The position numbers were made by a program, and so were the translations under genes. From NCBI GenBank assembly GCA_045536565.1, contig JAZSNU010000014.1, positions 1 to 36,276 of the forward strand: a DNA stretch of 36,276 nt, in the 5' to 3' direction. The notes under the pieces are model-generated. The model made no database searches. It was not told where the DNA came from and saw only the letters and a list, made by a program, of their open reading frames with translations. Shown in pieces: positions 19,327-28,775 of this stretch. The first letter of the stretch is position 1. Each line of letters opens with the position of its first letter. The DNA is from Clostridia bacterium. Lineage in GTDB: Bacteria > Bacillota > Clostridia > TANB77 > CAG-465.

Positions 19327-20469
19327 ATGTCACAAGAGTTATCAATATATGTTCATATACCGTTTTGTAAATCTAAATGTTATTATTGTGATTTCTGTTC
19401 AAAAGAAAATAATGATGATTTTGTTGTAAGTCAATATGTAGATGCAGTTATACAAGAAATACTAAATAACGCTGAGATATTATCTGAACATGAAATAAAA
19501 ACAATATATTTTGGTGGTGGAACACCTTCGTACATAGGTGATAAATATATAGAAAAAATATTGTCCGTTATAAAGTTATTCCTAGGTGATAGAATAGTTG
19601 AAACAACCATTGAAATGAATCCTGCTGATTGTACAATGGAAAAATTAACTAACTATGTTAATATGGGAATAAACAGATTTAGTTTGGGTATGCAATCTGC
19701 AAATAATGATGTATTAAAAGCAATTGGAAGAAGGCACACAAGAGAAGATGTAGAAAAAGCATATAACAATATGTCAAAACTCGGCATAAAAAATATTTCT
19801 GTTGATGTCATAACTGGACTTCCGAAAGATAGTATAAATACATTTAAGGATACTTTAATGTTTGTAACAAACCTAGGGGAAAATATAAAACATATATCTA
19901 CATATAGTTTAGAAGTACATGAAAATACAAAACTAGATACTCTTTTAGAAACAGGCTTCTTAAATCTTCCAAGTGAAGATGAAGAAAGAGAAATGAATGA
20001 TTTAACATATAATATTTTAAGTAAAGCAGGATATAATATGTATGAAATATCAAACTATTCTAAACCTGGATATGAATCTAAACATAATCTTACTTACTGG
20101 AATCAAGGTTATTATTTAGGTTTTGGAGTATCTGCTGCAAGCTATATTAATGGTAAAAGATATTCAAATGTATGTAATATAAATGAATATATAGAAAAAA
20201 TTTCAAATAATCAATCAGTAATTTTAGAAACAGAGGAGTTAGACAAACTAGATACTTTAAAAGAGTATATAATACTTAAATTAAGACTTACGGATGGGAT
20301 AAATGTAGATGAATTTAAAAATAGATTTAAGATAGACATTTTTGATATATTTAAAAAGGAAATAGAAGAGTTAATTTCTAATAAACTTTTAGAAAACAAG
20401 AATAATAGAATTTTTTTAAGTAAAAAGGGTAGGGATTTAGCAAATCAAGTATGGCAAAAATTTATATAG
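19327..20469 (+). CDS. hemW: Radical SAM heme chaperone HemW (HemN-like)
   Basis: YVHIPFCKSKCYYCDF, GGGTPS, YEISNY, HNLTYW. Confidence 0.9.
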   Translation: MSQELSIYVHIPFCKSKCYYCDFCSKENNDDFVVSQYVDAVIQEILNNAEILSEHEIKTIYFGGGTPSYIGDKYIEKILSVIKLFLGDRIVETTIEMNPADCTMEKLTNYVNMGINRFSLGMQSANNDVLKAIGRRHTREDVEKAYNNMSKLGIKNISVDVITGLPKDSINTFKDTLMFVTNLGENIKHISTYSLEVHENTKLDTLLETGFLNLPSEDEEREMNDLTYNILSKAGYNMYEISNYSKPGYESKHNLTYWNQGYYLGFGVSAASYINGKRYSNVCNINEYIEKISNNQSVILETEELDKLDTLKEYIILKLRLTDGINVDEFKNRFKIDIFDIFKKEIEELISNKLLENKNNRIFLSKKGRDLANQVWQKFI

Positions 20470-20484
20470 TTAAGAGGAGTAAAT

Positions 20485-23241
20485 ATGGAAGAAAATATAC
20501 AAGATAATAACGAAAAATTTTTAATAATTGATGGCAATAGTATTATGAATAGAGCATTCTATGCAATAAGACTATTATCTACACGAGATGGGTTATATAC
20601 TAATGCTATATATGGTTTTTTAAACATATATTATATGATTTTAGATAAGTTTAAACCTGATTATGTTTCAGTAGCATTTGATTTAAAGGCACCGACATTT
20701 AGACATGAAATGTTTGTAGAATATAAAGCACATAGAAAAATGATGCCTGATGAACTTAAAGTCCAAATGCCAGTTATAAAAGATATATTAAGAGCAATGA
20801 ATGTACCAATATATGAAATAGAAGGATATGAAGCAGATGATATATTAGGAACCATTGCAAATATTAATACTCAAAATAATATTTCTACATATATTTTAAC
20901 AGGAGATAAAGATTCTCTCCAATTAACATCGGATAAAACTAGAATAATAATGCCTTCTTCTAAAATGGGAAAAACTGAATATACTGTGTATACTCCTGAT
21001 GTGCTTATGGAAAAGCAGGGTATAAGACCAGGGCAAGTTATTGATATAAAATCGCTTATGGGTGATAGCTCTGATAATATTCCTGGTGTGCCAGGTATTG
21101 GAGAAAAGACTGCATATTCTCTTATAGGTAAATATGATAGTTTAGAAAAAATTTATGAAAATATATCTAATTTAGATGCAACTGAGTCTGTAAAGAAAAA
21201 ACTAACAGAAAATAAAGATATGGCATTTTTAAGTTATAAACTTGCAACTATTGATGTTAATGTGCCTATTGAATTAGACTATGAAAAATTAAGATTTGGT
21301 AGCGTTGATATGCCCAAACTTACAAGCATATTTGAAAGATTATCTTTTAAAAAATTCCTAGAAAGATATGAAGCCAGCGGTGAAGTTATTTCTCAAACTG
21401 ATAATAATATTGAATTTTTTAAAGATTTTAATAAAGATAATATACTAAATATAGATACAAATTATAATAAATATACGAAGTATATAAACGATTTGAAAAA
21501 TAATGCAGAATCTAATATTTATGCAATTATAGTAAATTCGAAAAATATAGGAATAGAAAATTTTCTTGTTATAAAATGTAATGATAATATAATGTATATT
21601 GATTTGAATTCTAAGTTAGCCACAACAGTTCTTACTGACTTGGCTAACTTAGCAGCAGATAAAATAGGTTATGATGTTAAAAGAATATATAAAGAATATT
21701 TTAAACGCAATATCGTAAGTTTTAAAAGTTTTAAATCTGATATAAAAATAGCATATTATATATTACATTCTACTGAAAGTAATTATGAAATAGAAAACAT
21801 TTCATATAATTTATTAGGTATCAATATGCCTACTGAAAATAAAGAAGATGTAAAAGAAGAAAGTAGTACTATACAAACTTCATTATTTGATGAAGCAGCA
21901 TTATCTAATGATATAGTAATAAAAAAAGATTTATCAGAAACTCAAAAGAAATATTTATATGCTGTTATTACATCTACTCAAAAATTAGATGATATATTAA
22001 CAAATAAAATTAATGAATTAAAGATGAATGAACTATATAATGAAATCGAAATGCCTCTTATCGAAACTCTTGCAGATATTGAAAACAATGGAATGTATAT
22101 AAACAAAAATAAATTAATAGAATTTGGGAAAATATTAACTGGCGATATAATAGAATTAGAAAACAAAATATATGATATAGCAAAAGAAAAATTTAATATT
22201 AACTCACCATCTCAACTTGGCAGAGTGCTATTTGAAACATTAGGACTTTCAACATCTAAAAAAACAAAAAAAGGTTATTCAACCGACAAAGATAGCCTAG
22301 AAGCAATTACAGGTGAACACGAAATAGTTGGGCTAGTTTTAGATTATAGAACTATGGCAAAATTAAAATCAACTTATGTAGATGGCTTATTAGAGTGTAT
22401 TGGAGATGACCAAAGAATACATACAACATTTATGCAAGCAGTAACAGCAACTGGAAGACTTAGTAGTGTTGAACCAAATCTTCAAAACATACCAGCAAGA
22501 ACTGAACTTGGTAGTAAAATAAGAGATTGTTTTGAAGCACAAGATAGCAATATTATAATAGACGCCGATTACAGCCAAATAGAACTTAGAGTGCTTGCAC
22601 ATATGGCAAATGATAATATAATGATAGACGCTTTCAATAATGGAAATGATATTCATGCAATAACCGCATCACAAGTATTTAATATACCTCTTGAAGAAGT
22701 AACACATGAACAAAGAACCAAGGCAAAAGCAGTTAATTTTGGTATAGTATATGGTATAAGTGGATTTGGTCTTGCAAAGAACATTAACACAAGCAGACAG
22801 GAAGCAACTGAGTATATAAATAATTATCTTACTAAATATGAAAATGTAAAGAAATTCATGGATAAAAGTGTTAAAATCGGAAAAGAAAAAGGATTTGTTT
22901 CTACTTTGTTTGGAAGAATTAGATATACTGATGAACTAAAAGCAAGTAATAAAAATACCGTAATGTTTGGTGAAAGAGTTGCCATGAATACTCCAATACA
23001 AGGTACAGCAGCGGATATTATGAAAATAGCAATGAATAAGTTATATGCTGCACTTAAAGAGAAAAATCTAAAAGCAAAAATAATAATGCAAGTACATGAC
23101 GAACTTTTAGTTGAGGCGCCATTAGAGGAAAAAGATGAAGTAATTAAATTAATGAAAAATAGCATGGAGAAAGTTATAAAATTAAAGGTTCCATTAGATG
23201 TTGATATAAATTCAGGTAAAACATGGAATGAAGCAAAATAA
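20485..23241 (+). CDS. polA: DNA polymerase I
   Basis: 5'-3' exonuclease (IDGNS, EADD, GDSSDNIPGVPGIGEKTA) plus polymerase motifs DYSQIELR, KAVNFG, QVHDEL. Confidence 0.98.
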   Translation: MEENIQDNNEKFLIIDGNSIMNRAFYAIRLLSTRDGLYTNAIYGFLNIYYMILDKFKPDYVSVAFDLKAPTFRHEMFVEYKAHRKMMPDELKVQMPVIKDILRAMNVPIYEIEGYEADDILGTIANINTQNNISTYILTGDKDSLQLTSDKTRIIMPSSKMGKTEYTVYTPDVLMEKQGIRPGQVIDIKSLMGDSSDNIPGVPGIGEKTAYSLIGKYDSLEKIYENISNLDATESVKKKLTENKDMAFLSYKLATIDVNVPIELDYEKLRFGSVDMPKLTSIFERLSFKKFLERYEASGEVISQTDNNIEFFKDFNKDNILNIDTNYNKYTKYINDLKNNAESNIYAIIVNSKNIGIENFLVIKCNDNIMYIDLNSKLATTVLTDLANLAADKIGYDVKRIYKEYFKRNIVSFKSFKSDIKIAYYILHSTESNYEIENISYNLLGINMPTENKEDVKEESSTIQTSLFDEAALSNDIVIKKDLSETQKKYLYAVITSTQKLDDILTNKINELKMNELYNEIEMPLIETLADIENNGMYINKNKLIEFGKILTGDIIELENKIYDIAKEKFNINSPSQLGRVLFETLGLSTSKKTKKGYSTDKDSLEAITGEHEIVGLVLDYRTMAKLKSTYVDGLLECIGDDQRIHTTFMQAVTATGRLSSVEPNLQNIPARTELGSKIRDCFEAQDSNIIIDADYSQIELRVLAHMANDNIMIDAFNNGNDIHAITASQVFNIPLEEVTHEQRTKAKAVNFGIVYGISGFGLAKNINTSRQEATEYINNYLTKYENVKKFMDKSVKIGKEKGFVSTLFGRIRYTDELKASNKNTVMFGERVAMNTPIQGTAADIMKIAMNKLYAALKEKNLKAKIIMQVHDELLVEAPLEEKDEVIKLMKNSMEKVIKLKVPLDVDINSGKTWNEAK

Positions 23242-23244
23242 AGG

Positions 23245-23808
23245 GTGAATGATATATTGAAGACAACATATAGAATTTTATTAGTAATTTTACTTATAAT
23301 ATTTACCTATATTAGTTATAAAGTTATATGTAAAAAAATTATATATCCAACAAAATATGATAAGTATGTTGAGAAGGCCGCTGCTGATAATGATATAGAT
23401 CCATATTTAATATACGCATTAATCAAACAAGAGAGTAACTTTAATAATGAGGCTATGTCAAGCAAGAATGCAAAAGGTTTAATGCAAATCTTAGATTCTA
23501 CCGCAGAGGAGACCGCAAGCCAAATTGACTACATAGATTCTCAAAATATTGATTTATATGATTCAAATACAAATATATGTATAGGTACAAAATATCTGAA
23601 ATCATTAATAAATAGATATAACGGCAATATATATCTTGGGATTTGTGCATATAATGCTGGACTTGGTAATGTTGATAAATGGGTTTTGGCAGCTGATATT
23701 TATTCAAACGGACATGTAAATATGTCAAATATTCCTTTTGAGGAAACAAAAACATATTTGACCAATATTCTAAAATATTATCAAAAGTATATAGATTTGT
23801 ATTCGTAA
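23245..23808 (+). CDS. Membrane-anchored lytic transglycosylase (SLT domain)
   Basis: TM helix, IKQESNF, AKGLMQI, AYNAG, PFEETKTY. Confidence 0.9.
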   Translation: MNDILKTTYRILLVILLIIFTYISYKVICKKIIYPTKYDKYVEKAAADNDIDPYLIYALIKQESNFNNEAMSSKNAKGLMQILDSTAEETASQIDYIDSQNIDLYDSNTNICIGTKYLKSLINRYNGNIYLGICAYNAGLGNVDKWVLAADIYSNGHVNMSNIPFEETKTYLTNILKYYQKYIDLYS

Positions 23809-23837
23809 AAGTCTTGGGTTTTGCCCAAGATTTTTTT
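23807..23837 (+). terminator. Intrinsic terminator
   Basis: TCTTGGG / CCCAAGA stem plus T7. Confidence 0.75.
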
Positions 23838-23932
23838 AAAAATATATAGCAATTCTAGTACTTGTTGCATAATATATATTAGTAAAAATAGCAATTGTTT
23901 TTACAAATAATTTTGTAGAGAGGAGAAGGAAT

Positions 23933-24184
23933 ATGTTAAGAATACCCATTAGTTACACTTTAAATTGTATTGTTCCACAAACCAAGGAAGAATGCAAAGA
24001 AAAATTACCACATTGTTATGTTTTTAGAAATTCTATAAGAGTTGCAGTTGTATACCTTAATCCAGTTCGTATTGAAAAAGGCTCTGATTTGTTAAATCAG
24101 GAGATAGAAGATGTTTTATCAATAGTTACAGAAAACCAATACGAATTAGAAGAAGAGTATAGAAAAGTAGCAAATGGTTGGTAA
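23933..24184 (+). CDS. Hypothetical protein, 83 aa
   Basis: AGGAG/AAGGA RBS; flanked by hairpins (24187-24219 downstream). Confidence 0.65.
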   Translation: MLRIPISYTLNCIVPQTKEECKEKLPHCYVFRNSIRVAVVYLNPVRIEKGSDLLNQEIEDVLSIVTENQYELEEEYRKVANGW

Positions 24185-24329
24185 CAAATATATCCCTAGT
24201 ATTTATCTAGGGATATATTCTATTCTAGCTAACTAAATTGATTAAAGATTAATAAATTTTTTAAATATACTACCCAAAGTACAATAAATGTGGTAAAATA
24301 ATTAAGTAAATTTAAAGGAGAGTGAAAAA

Positions 24330-25052
24330 ATGTCAGGACATAGCAAATGGGCAAATATAAAAAGAAGAAAAGAAGCCGTAGATAGTAAAAAGGCTAAAAT
24401 TTATTCAAAGTTGGGTAAAGAAATTACCGTAGTAGTTAAACAAGGTGGACCTGACCCTAACACAAACGCTAAATTAAGAGATATGATAGCAAAAGCTAAG
24501 GCAAATAATATGCCTAACGATAACATAAACAGATGTATTCAAAAAGCAGCAGGTGATTCAACCGCAACAAGTTATGAAGAAATAACATATGAAGGGTACG
24601 GACCAGCAGGAGTAGCGGTAATAGTTGAAGTAATGACTGATAATAGAAATAGATCAGCAGCAGATGTAAGATGTATATTTGATAGAAGCGGTGGTAATCT
24701 AGGTCAAACTGGTTCTGTTGGTTACATGTTCGATAAAAAAGGTATTATTGTTATTGAAAATACAGATTCTGTTGACGAACAAGAATTAATGATGCAAGTA
24801 ATAGATGCAGGCGCAGAGGATTTTGTATCGGACGAAGAATATTTTGAAATAATAACTGCACCACAAGATTTTACAAATGTAAGAGAAGTATTAGAAAAAG
24901 AAAATTACGAACTTGCAGAAGCAGAAATTAAAATGGTACCTAATATGAAAAAAGAACTTACTGAGGAAGAAGAGGAAAAATTTAATAGATTCCTAGATAA
25001 ACTTGATGATAATGATGATGTGCAAAATGTATGGCATAATGCTGATATTTAA
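24330..25052 (+). CDS. yebC: YebC/PmpR family protein
   Basis: MSGHSKWANIK, YEGYGPAG, TDNRNR, DDVQNVWHN. Confidence 0.96.
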   Translation: MSGHSKWANIKRRKEAVDSKKAKIYSKLGKEITVVVKQGGPDPNTNAKLRDMIAKAKANNMPNDNINRCIQKAAGDSTATSYEEITYEGYGPAGVAVIVEVMTDNRNRSAADVRCIFDRSGGNLGQTGSVGYMFDKKGIIVIENTDSVDEQELMMQVIDAGAEDFVSDEEYFEIITAPQDFTNVREVLEKENYELAEAEIKMVPNMKKELTEEEEEKFNRFLDKLDDNDDVQNVWHNADI

Positions 25053-25196
25053 TATATTTTAGCTATAACTAATAATGTTATGGCTATTTTTATATATTTT
25101 TTGATAAAATAGTGTACATAACTATTGACTTTACATAAATATTATGTTAAAATAATATCTGTAAAGTGTTCATTTCATGTTAAGGAGGTGCAACTG

Positions 25197-25793
25197 ATGT
25201 ATTATGAAAACAAAAGAAGTTTTTATATTAGACAATATGGACCACCAGTATTAGCTATTACAATTTCTGCAATTTTAATTGTAGCTGGTTTATTTATAGC
25301 AACTAAATCATTAGAAAATGATATAAATAAACAACAAATAGAAAATTTAGTAGCTGATAACGACACATCAGTTGACATATCAAGTACTATGCCGGAAGAC
25401 TTAGTTAAATTAAAATCTTTTACTAAATCAAAAGAATATACGGTACACGCTATTAGTGATGACGGAGCAGTAGTAATTGAAACTTCCAAAAATGAATATT
25501 TTAAAATAAATCTAATTGGTGTTGAAAGTTCAAATAAATATGCTTCTTTAAAAGAAAAAATGGAAGAAGAATTAGTAAACAAAAAAATCACTATTGAATT
25601 TGATAACTCAAAATTAGATAAAAATAAGGCTTATGCTTATGTATATGTAAATGACAAATTATATAATACTGAAATTCTTAAAAATGGCTATGCTGTTTTA
25701 AGAGTTGAAAGAAAAAATGTTGACAAACTTGATTTACTACTTCAAGCAGAAACAGAAGCAAGAAAAGCAGCAGTTGGAGTTTGGGAAGCGTAA
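25197..25793 (+). CDS. Membrane-anchored thermonuclease (SNase)-like protein, active site degenerate
   Basis: TM helix then KINLIGVE, AYVYVNDKLYNTEILKNGYA, AETEARKAAVGVW; ATG 25197 after AAGGAGG. Confidence 0.75.
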   Translation: MYYENKRSFYIRQYGPPVLAITISAILIVAGLFIATKSLENDINKQQIENLVADNDTSVDISSTMPEDLVKLKSFTKSKEYTVHAISDDGAVVIETSKNEYFKINLIGVESSNKYASLKEKMEEELVNKKITIEFDNSKLDKNKAYAYVYVNDKLYNTEILKNGYAVLRVERKNVDKLDLLLQAETEARKAAVGVWEA

Positions 25794-25896
25794 GTTAAAT
25801 TAATTTGAATGCCGATTAAAGGAAAAACCTTTAGTTTTCATATATCAACCTCTTATAATCGCCTCTACGATCGTTGTAGAGGTGTATTTTTATGTC

Positions 25897-25925
25897 TTGA
25901 CAAAGTTAACATAATATGATATAAT
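25897..25925 (+). promoter_or_regulatory. Consensus sigma-A promoter of an accessory ORF
   Basis: TTGACA-17 bp-TATAAT with TG, directly after hairpin 25861-25891. Confidence 0.75.
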
Positions 25926-25977
25926 ATACTTGTACTGAAAAGTGCAAATCTAAAATATAATTATGGAGGAAAAAAAC

Positions 25978-26406
25978 ATGAGCTTTAATAAGATTAAGGA
26001 TAAGATTAAAAATCTATTGCTTAACAAAAAAGAAGAGGAAGAAAACGTAAATGAAGGTGCATATTGGAAAATGTTAGGTATGAACATTCCACTTTCATTT
26101 CCTTTACTGCAAGAAACAGTAAAAGACAGGACAGAATTTTCTAGCGTTGTAAGAGGTGCTGAAGATCTTCTGGAGCAAGATTTCAAAAGGTTTGGCATAA
26201 AATTCAAAGTGATTGATCCAGTATACAAAAACAACCTTAATGGAAATATTGGAAGCATGACTGTTGTTGTTGATGATAATGATAAAGTAACAGCTAAATT
26301 CCATAGACGTGACGATAATGGATTATGGGATGGTATGTCTAAAAAGTTTCCTGAGGAAGATACAACTGGAAAATATATCGATGAAATTTGCTTTATTATT
26401 ATGTGA
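25978..26406 (+). CDS. Hypothetical protein, about 142 aa
   Basis: GGAGG 8 nt before ATG 25978; own promoter and terminator. Confidence 0.7.
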   Translation: MSFNKIKDKIKNLLLNKKEEEENVNEGAYWKMLGMNIPLSFPLLQETVKDRTEFSSVVRGAEDLLEQDFKRFGIKFKVIDPVYKNNLNGNIGSMTVVVDDNDKVTAKFHRRDDNGLWDGMSKKFPEEDTTGKYIDEICFIIM

Positions 26407-26422
26407 CAATCGCTAAAAAACG

Positions 26423-26456
26423 AGAGTACAAGTTAAATTGCTTGTACTCTTATTTT
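26423..26456. terminator. Bidirectional terminator between convergent genes
   Basis: AGAGTACAAG / CTTGTACTCT stem. Confidence 0.65.
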
Positions 26457-26937
26457 ATATATTTAATTTGCTGATTAATATTGATTCAATATATTGTAAT
26501 TTGTATTCTATTTCATTTATCTTAACCCTTTCAAAATCAGCATTCACAGATTCTAATATATAATCTTTCTTTATATCTTTTTCCTTTGTTATAAACATAT
26601 GATGGGAGTTATCATCTAATTCGATTAATATAATTGGTCTACAATACTTATCACAAATAGTAAAATCTATATGTTTACTTTTAATTTTATTAAAATCAGT
26701 AATATTATTTGTATTTATTAAATCTGCTAATCTAATCTTAGGAAATATATATAACTCATATTTATCTGTAATACTTTTTAATTTATAAAAAAATGATAAT
26801 TCATTTTTGGTGAGTATATATTTACACTTTTCTCCTGAAAAAGAGTAGGTAACTGATGTGCTATTTTTATTATTACTATACAATGTAAAAATATATAGAA
26901 TAAGTAACAGTATAATTATTAAAACAATAAATATCAT
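26455..26937 (-). CDS. DUF2726-family membrane-anchored protein (restriction-endonuclease-like fold)
   Basis: TM helix, ILTKNE..FF, KIRLADLI, KHIDFTICD, IELDDNSH, KDIKKDYIL. Confidence 0.8.
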   Translation of the reverse strand: MIFIVLIIILLLILYIFTLYSNNKNSTSVTYSFSGEKCKYILTKNELSFFYKLKSITDKYELYIFPKIRLADLINTNNITDFNKIKSKHIDFTICDKYCRPIILIELDDNSHHMFITKEKDIKKDYILESVNADFERVKINEIEYKLQYIESILISKLNI

Positions 26938-27037
26938 TAATTAATCAACCCCTTATTAAGATTGTATTATATTATATATTTTTTATTTGTCGAAGTTTGT
27001 CATATATTAAAAGAAATGGTTGAATTTATTCTTAATA

Positions 27038-27066
27038 TTGATTATGTTTACATAATATGGTATAAT
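27038..27066 (+). promoter_or_regulatory. Sigma-A promoter of the 92-aa ORF
   Basis: TTGATT-17 bp-TATAAT with TG. Confidence 0.6.
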
Positions 27067-27103
27067 TTATGAATATTATAAAAATAATAGAAAGGATAGT
27101 ATA

Positions 27104-27382
27104 ATGTGCTTAAAAAATATGGTTTTAAGGAATTTTAAAAGTAGAGTAAAAAGTAATAGAATGCCTTTAAAATTTACAGCGTATGAAATGGAATTAGTAA
27201 TAAAATGTCTATCGACAGGATATAGGTGTTTTGATAAAGAAAAATTTTTGTTCAATGATAACAATTCTGATAAAGAAAATATTTATTATTTACAAAGGGT
27301 TCTAGGTTGTAAGGCCAATGAACATTTCTACGATATTAAAAATAACGAATTTTTTAAATTGCGTAAAAAGATTAAATCATAA
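27104..27382 (+). CDS. Hypothetical basic protein, 92 aa
   Basis: AAGGA RBS, promoter upstream, hairpin downstream. Confidence 0.6.
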   Translation: MCLKNMVLRNFKSRVKSNRMPLKFTAYEMELVIKCLSTGYRCFDKEKFLFNDNNSDKENIYYLQRVLGCKANEHFYDIKNNEFFKLRKKIKS

Positions 27383-27453
27383 ATATATTTTTAAAAGCCA
27401 TGAAAGAGAAGAGAGTATTTAAAAATACATCTTATTATTTTATGGTTTTTATA

Positions 27454-27481
27454 ATTGCGCAAAATATAAATTTTGTGAAAT
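27454..27481. other. Candidate dif (chromosome dimer resolution) site
   Basis: ATTGCGCAAAA-TATAAA-TTTTGTGAAAT; 11-6-11, arms 9/11 symmetric, 21/28 identical to E. coli dif as recalled; about 320 bp upstream of a xer gene at the gene-strand switch. Confidence 0.7.
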
Positions 27482-27557
27482 AAAGGGTATAAAACTATTG
27501 CATAATATTCATTTATTTGATATTATATCTTATATATGATTATACTTATTATTTAAA

Positions 27558-27588
27558 GCCTTATTTTTGATTTTAAAGCGTTTTTATT
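27558..27588 (-). repeat. Xer-locus motif copy A (inverted)
   Basis: Reverse complement AATAAAAACGCTTTAAAATCAAAAATAAGGC fits AATAAAAA-N4-TTAAAAT-N6-TARRRC. Confidence 0.55.
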
Positions 27589-27730
27589 TATTATCAGATA
27601 TATTTTTTACTTCTATTATTATACTACTTTATTAAAAATATTACTATTCTTTATATAATTATGCTAAAAAACATTCAAATTATATAATTTTTGTAAATTG
27701 TATAAATGAGTCCTTTTTTTGAGGTTACCT

Positions 27731-27786
27731 GGGATATACCCCGGACAATAAAAATGGCTTAAAATCGATTTTAGAGCGTCGTTTTT
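27731..27786 (+). repeat. Xer-locus motif copy B
   Basis: GGGATATACCCCGGACAATAAAAATGGCTTAAAATCGATTTTAGAGCG...; 43/56 ungapped identity to copy C. Confidence 0.85.
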
Positions 27787-27799
27787 TGGAGGTTATTTT

Positions 27800-28765
27800 A
27801 TGAATGCTAATAACTATGATGATGTATCAAATATAATAAAAGATTATCTATTATATATGCTTACAATTAAAAATAGATCAGCAGCAACTGTAAAAGAATA
27901 TTATTATGATTTAAGAAATATGTTTAGATATATTAAAAGGGACAAGTTTAATATTAAAACTGATAATTTAGAAGAAATTGATGTTACAGATTTAGATATA
28001 GAATTTTTTAAAAATTTAACATTATCAGATTTTTATAATTATTTATATTATATGTCAAATGACTTAAATTCAAAGCCGGTTTCAAGAGCTCGTAAAGTTG
28101 CAACTATAAAATCTTTTTTTAATTATCTTTGCAATAAAGAAAAAGTTTTGACCGTAAATCCTACAATAGATTTGGAAACACCAAAATTAGGAAAAAGAAT
28201 TCCTAAATACCTGAACTTAGATGAGGCTGTTTCCCTACTCCACTCCGTTGATGGTAAACATAAATCTAGGGATTACGCTATACTTACATTATTCCTAAAT
28301 TGTGGTCTTAGATTATCTGAACTTGTTAATATTAATCTAACGCACATAAGGGGCGATATATTAACGGTTATAGGTAAAGGTAATAAAGAACGCTCTATTT
28401 ACCTAAATGATGCATGTAAAGATGCGATAGCTACCTATCTTAGAGAAAGACCAGTAGATGGTGTTATTGATAAAGATGCTTTGTTTTTAAGTAGTAGATA
28501 TAAAAGAATTGGAAGAAGAACAGTTGAGGTAACTGTTAAAAAATATATTATAAAAGCCGGATTAGATCCAAACAAATATTCGCCACATAAATTAAGACAT
28601 ACTGCTGCTACATTGATGCACAAGCACGGAAATGTAGATATAAGATCTCTGCAACAAATACTTGGCCACGAGTCAATTTCTACAACTGAAATATATACAC
28701 ATATAGATAGTGATGAAGTAAGAAATGCACTCGATAATAACCCATTAAATAGTAAAAATATATAG
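27800..28765 (+). CDS. xerC: XerC-family tyrosine recombinase
   Basis: N-terminal SAM-like domain (SRARKVATIKSFFNYL); catalytic set GLRLSE, GKGNKER, HKLRH, LGH, TTEIYTH intact. Confidence 0.85.
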   Translation: MNANNYDDVSNIIKDYLLYMLTIKNRSAATVKEYYYDLRNMFRYIKRDKFNIKTDNLEEIDVTDLDIEFFKNLTLSDFYNYLYYMSNDLNSKPVSRARKVATIKSFFNYLCNKEKVLTVNPTIDLETPKLGKRIPKYLNLDEAVSLLHSVDGKHKSRDYAILTLFLNCGLRLSELVNINLTHIRGDILTVIGKGNKERSIYLNDACKDAIATYLRERPVDGVIDKDALFLSSRYKRIGRRTVEVTVKKYIIKAGLDPNKYSPHKLRHTAATLMHKHGNVDIRSLQQILGHESISTTEIYTHIDSDEVRNALDNNPLNSKNI

Positions 28766-28775
28766 ATAATAAAAA

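Noticed and set aside
24187-24219. Hairpin containing GGGATATA as a fourth Xer-locus motif
   Set aside because: Only 8 bp are shared and the AATAAAAA/TTAAAAT core is absent; it is better explained as a terminator stem
25125-25196. TTG start of the nuclease-like ORF, and ACTTTACATAA-ATA-TTATGTTAAAA as a dif site
   Set aside because: The TTG is the -35 of a promoter and a strong RBS precedes ATG 25197; the arms are only 3 bp apart whereas dif needs 6
27800-28765. Tyrosine recombinase as a prophage, ICE or integron integrase
   Set aside because: XerC-like size and motifs, no excisionase, phage or conjugation genes, no recognisable integron-integrase insertion or attC array, and located at the strand switch
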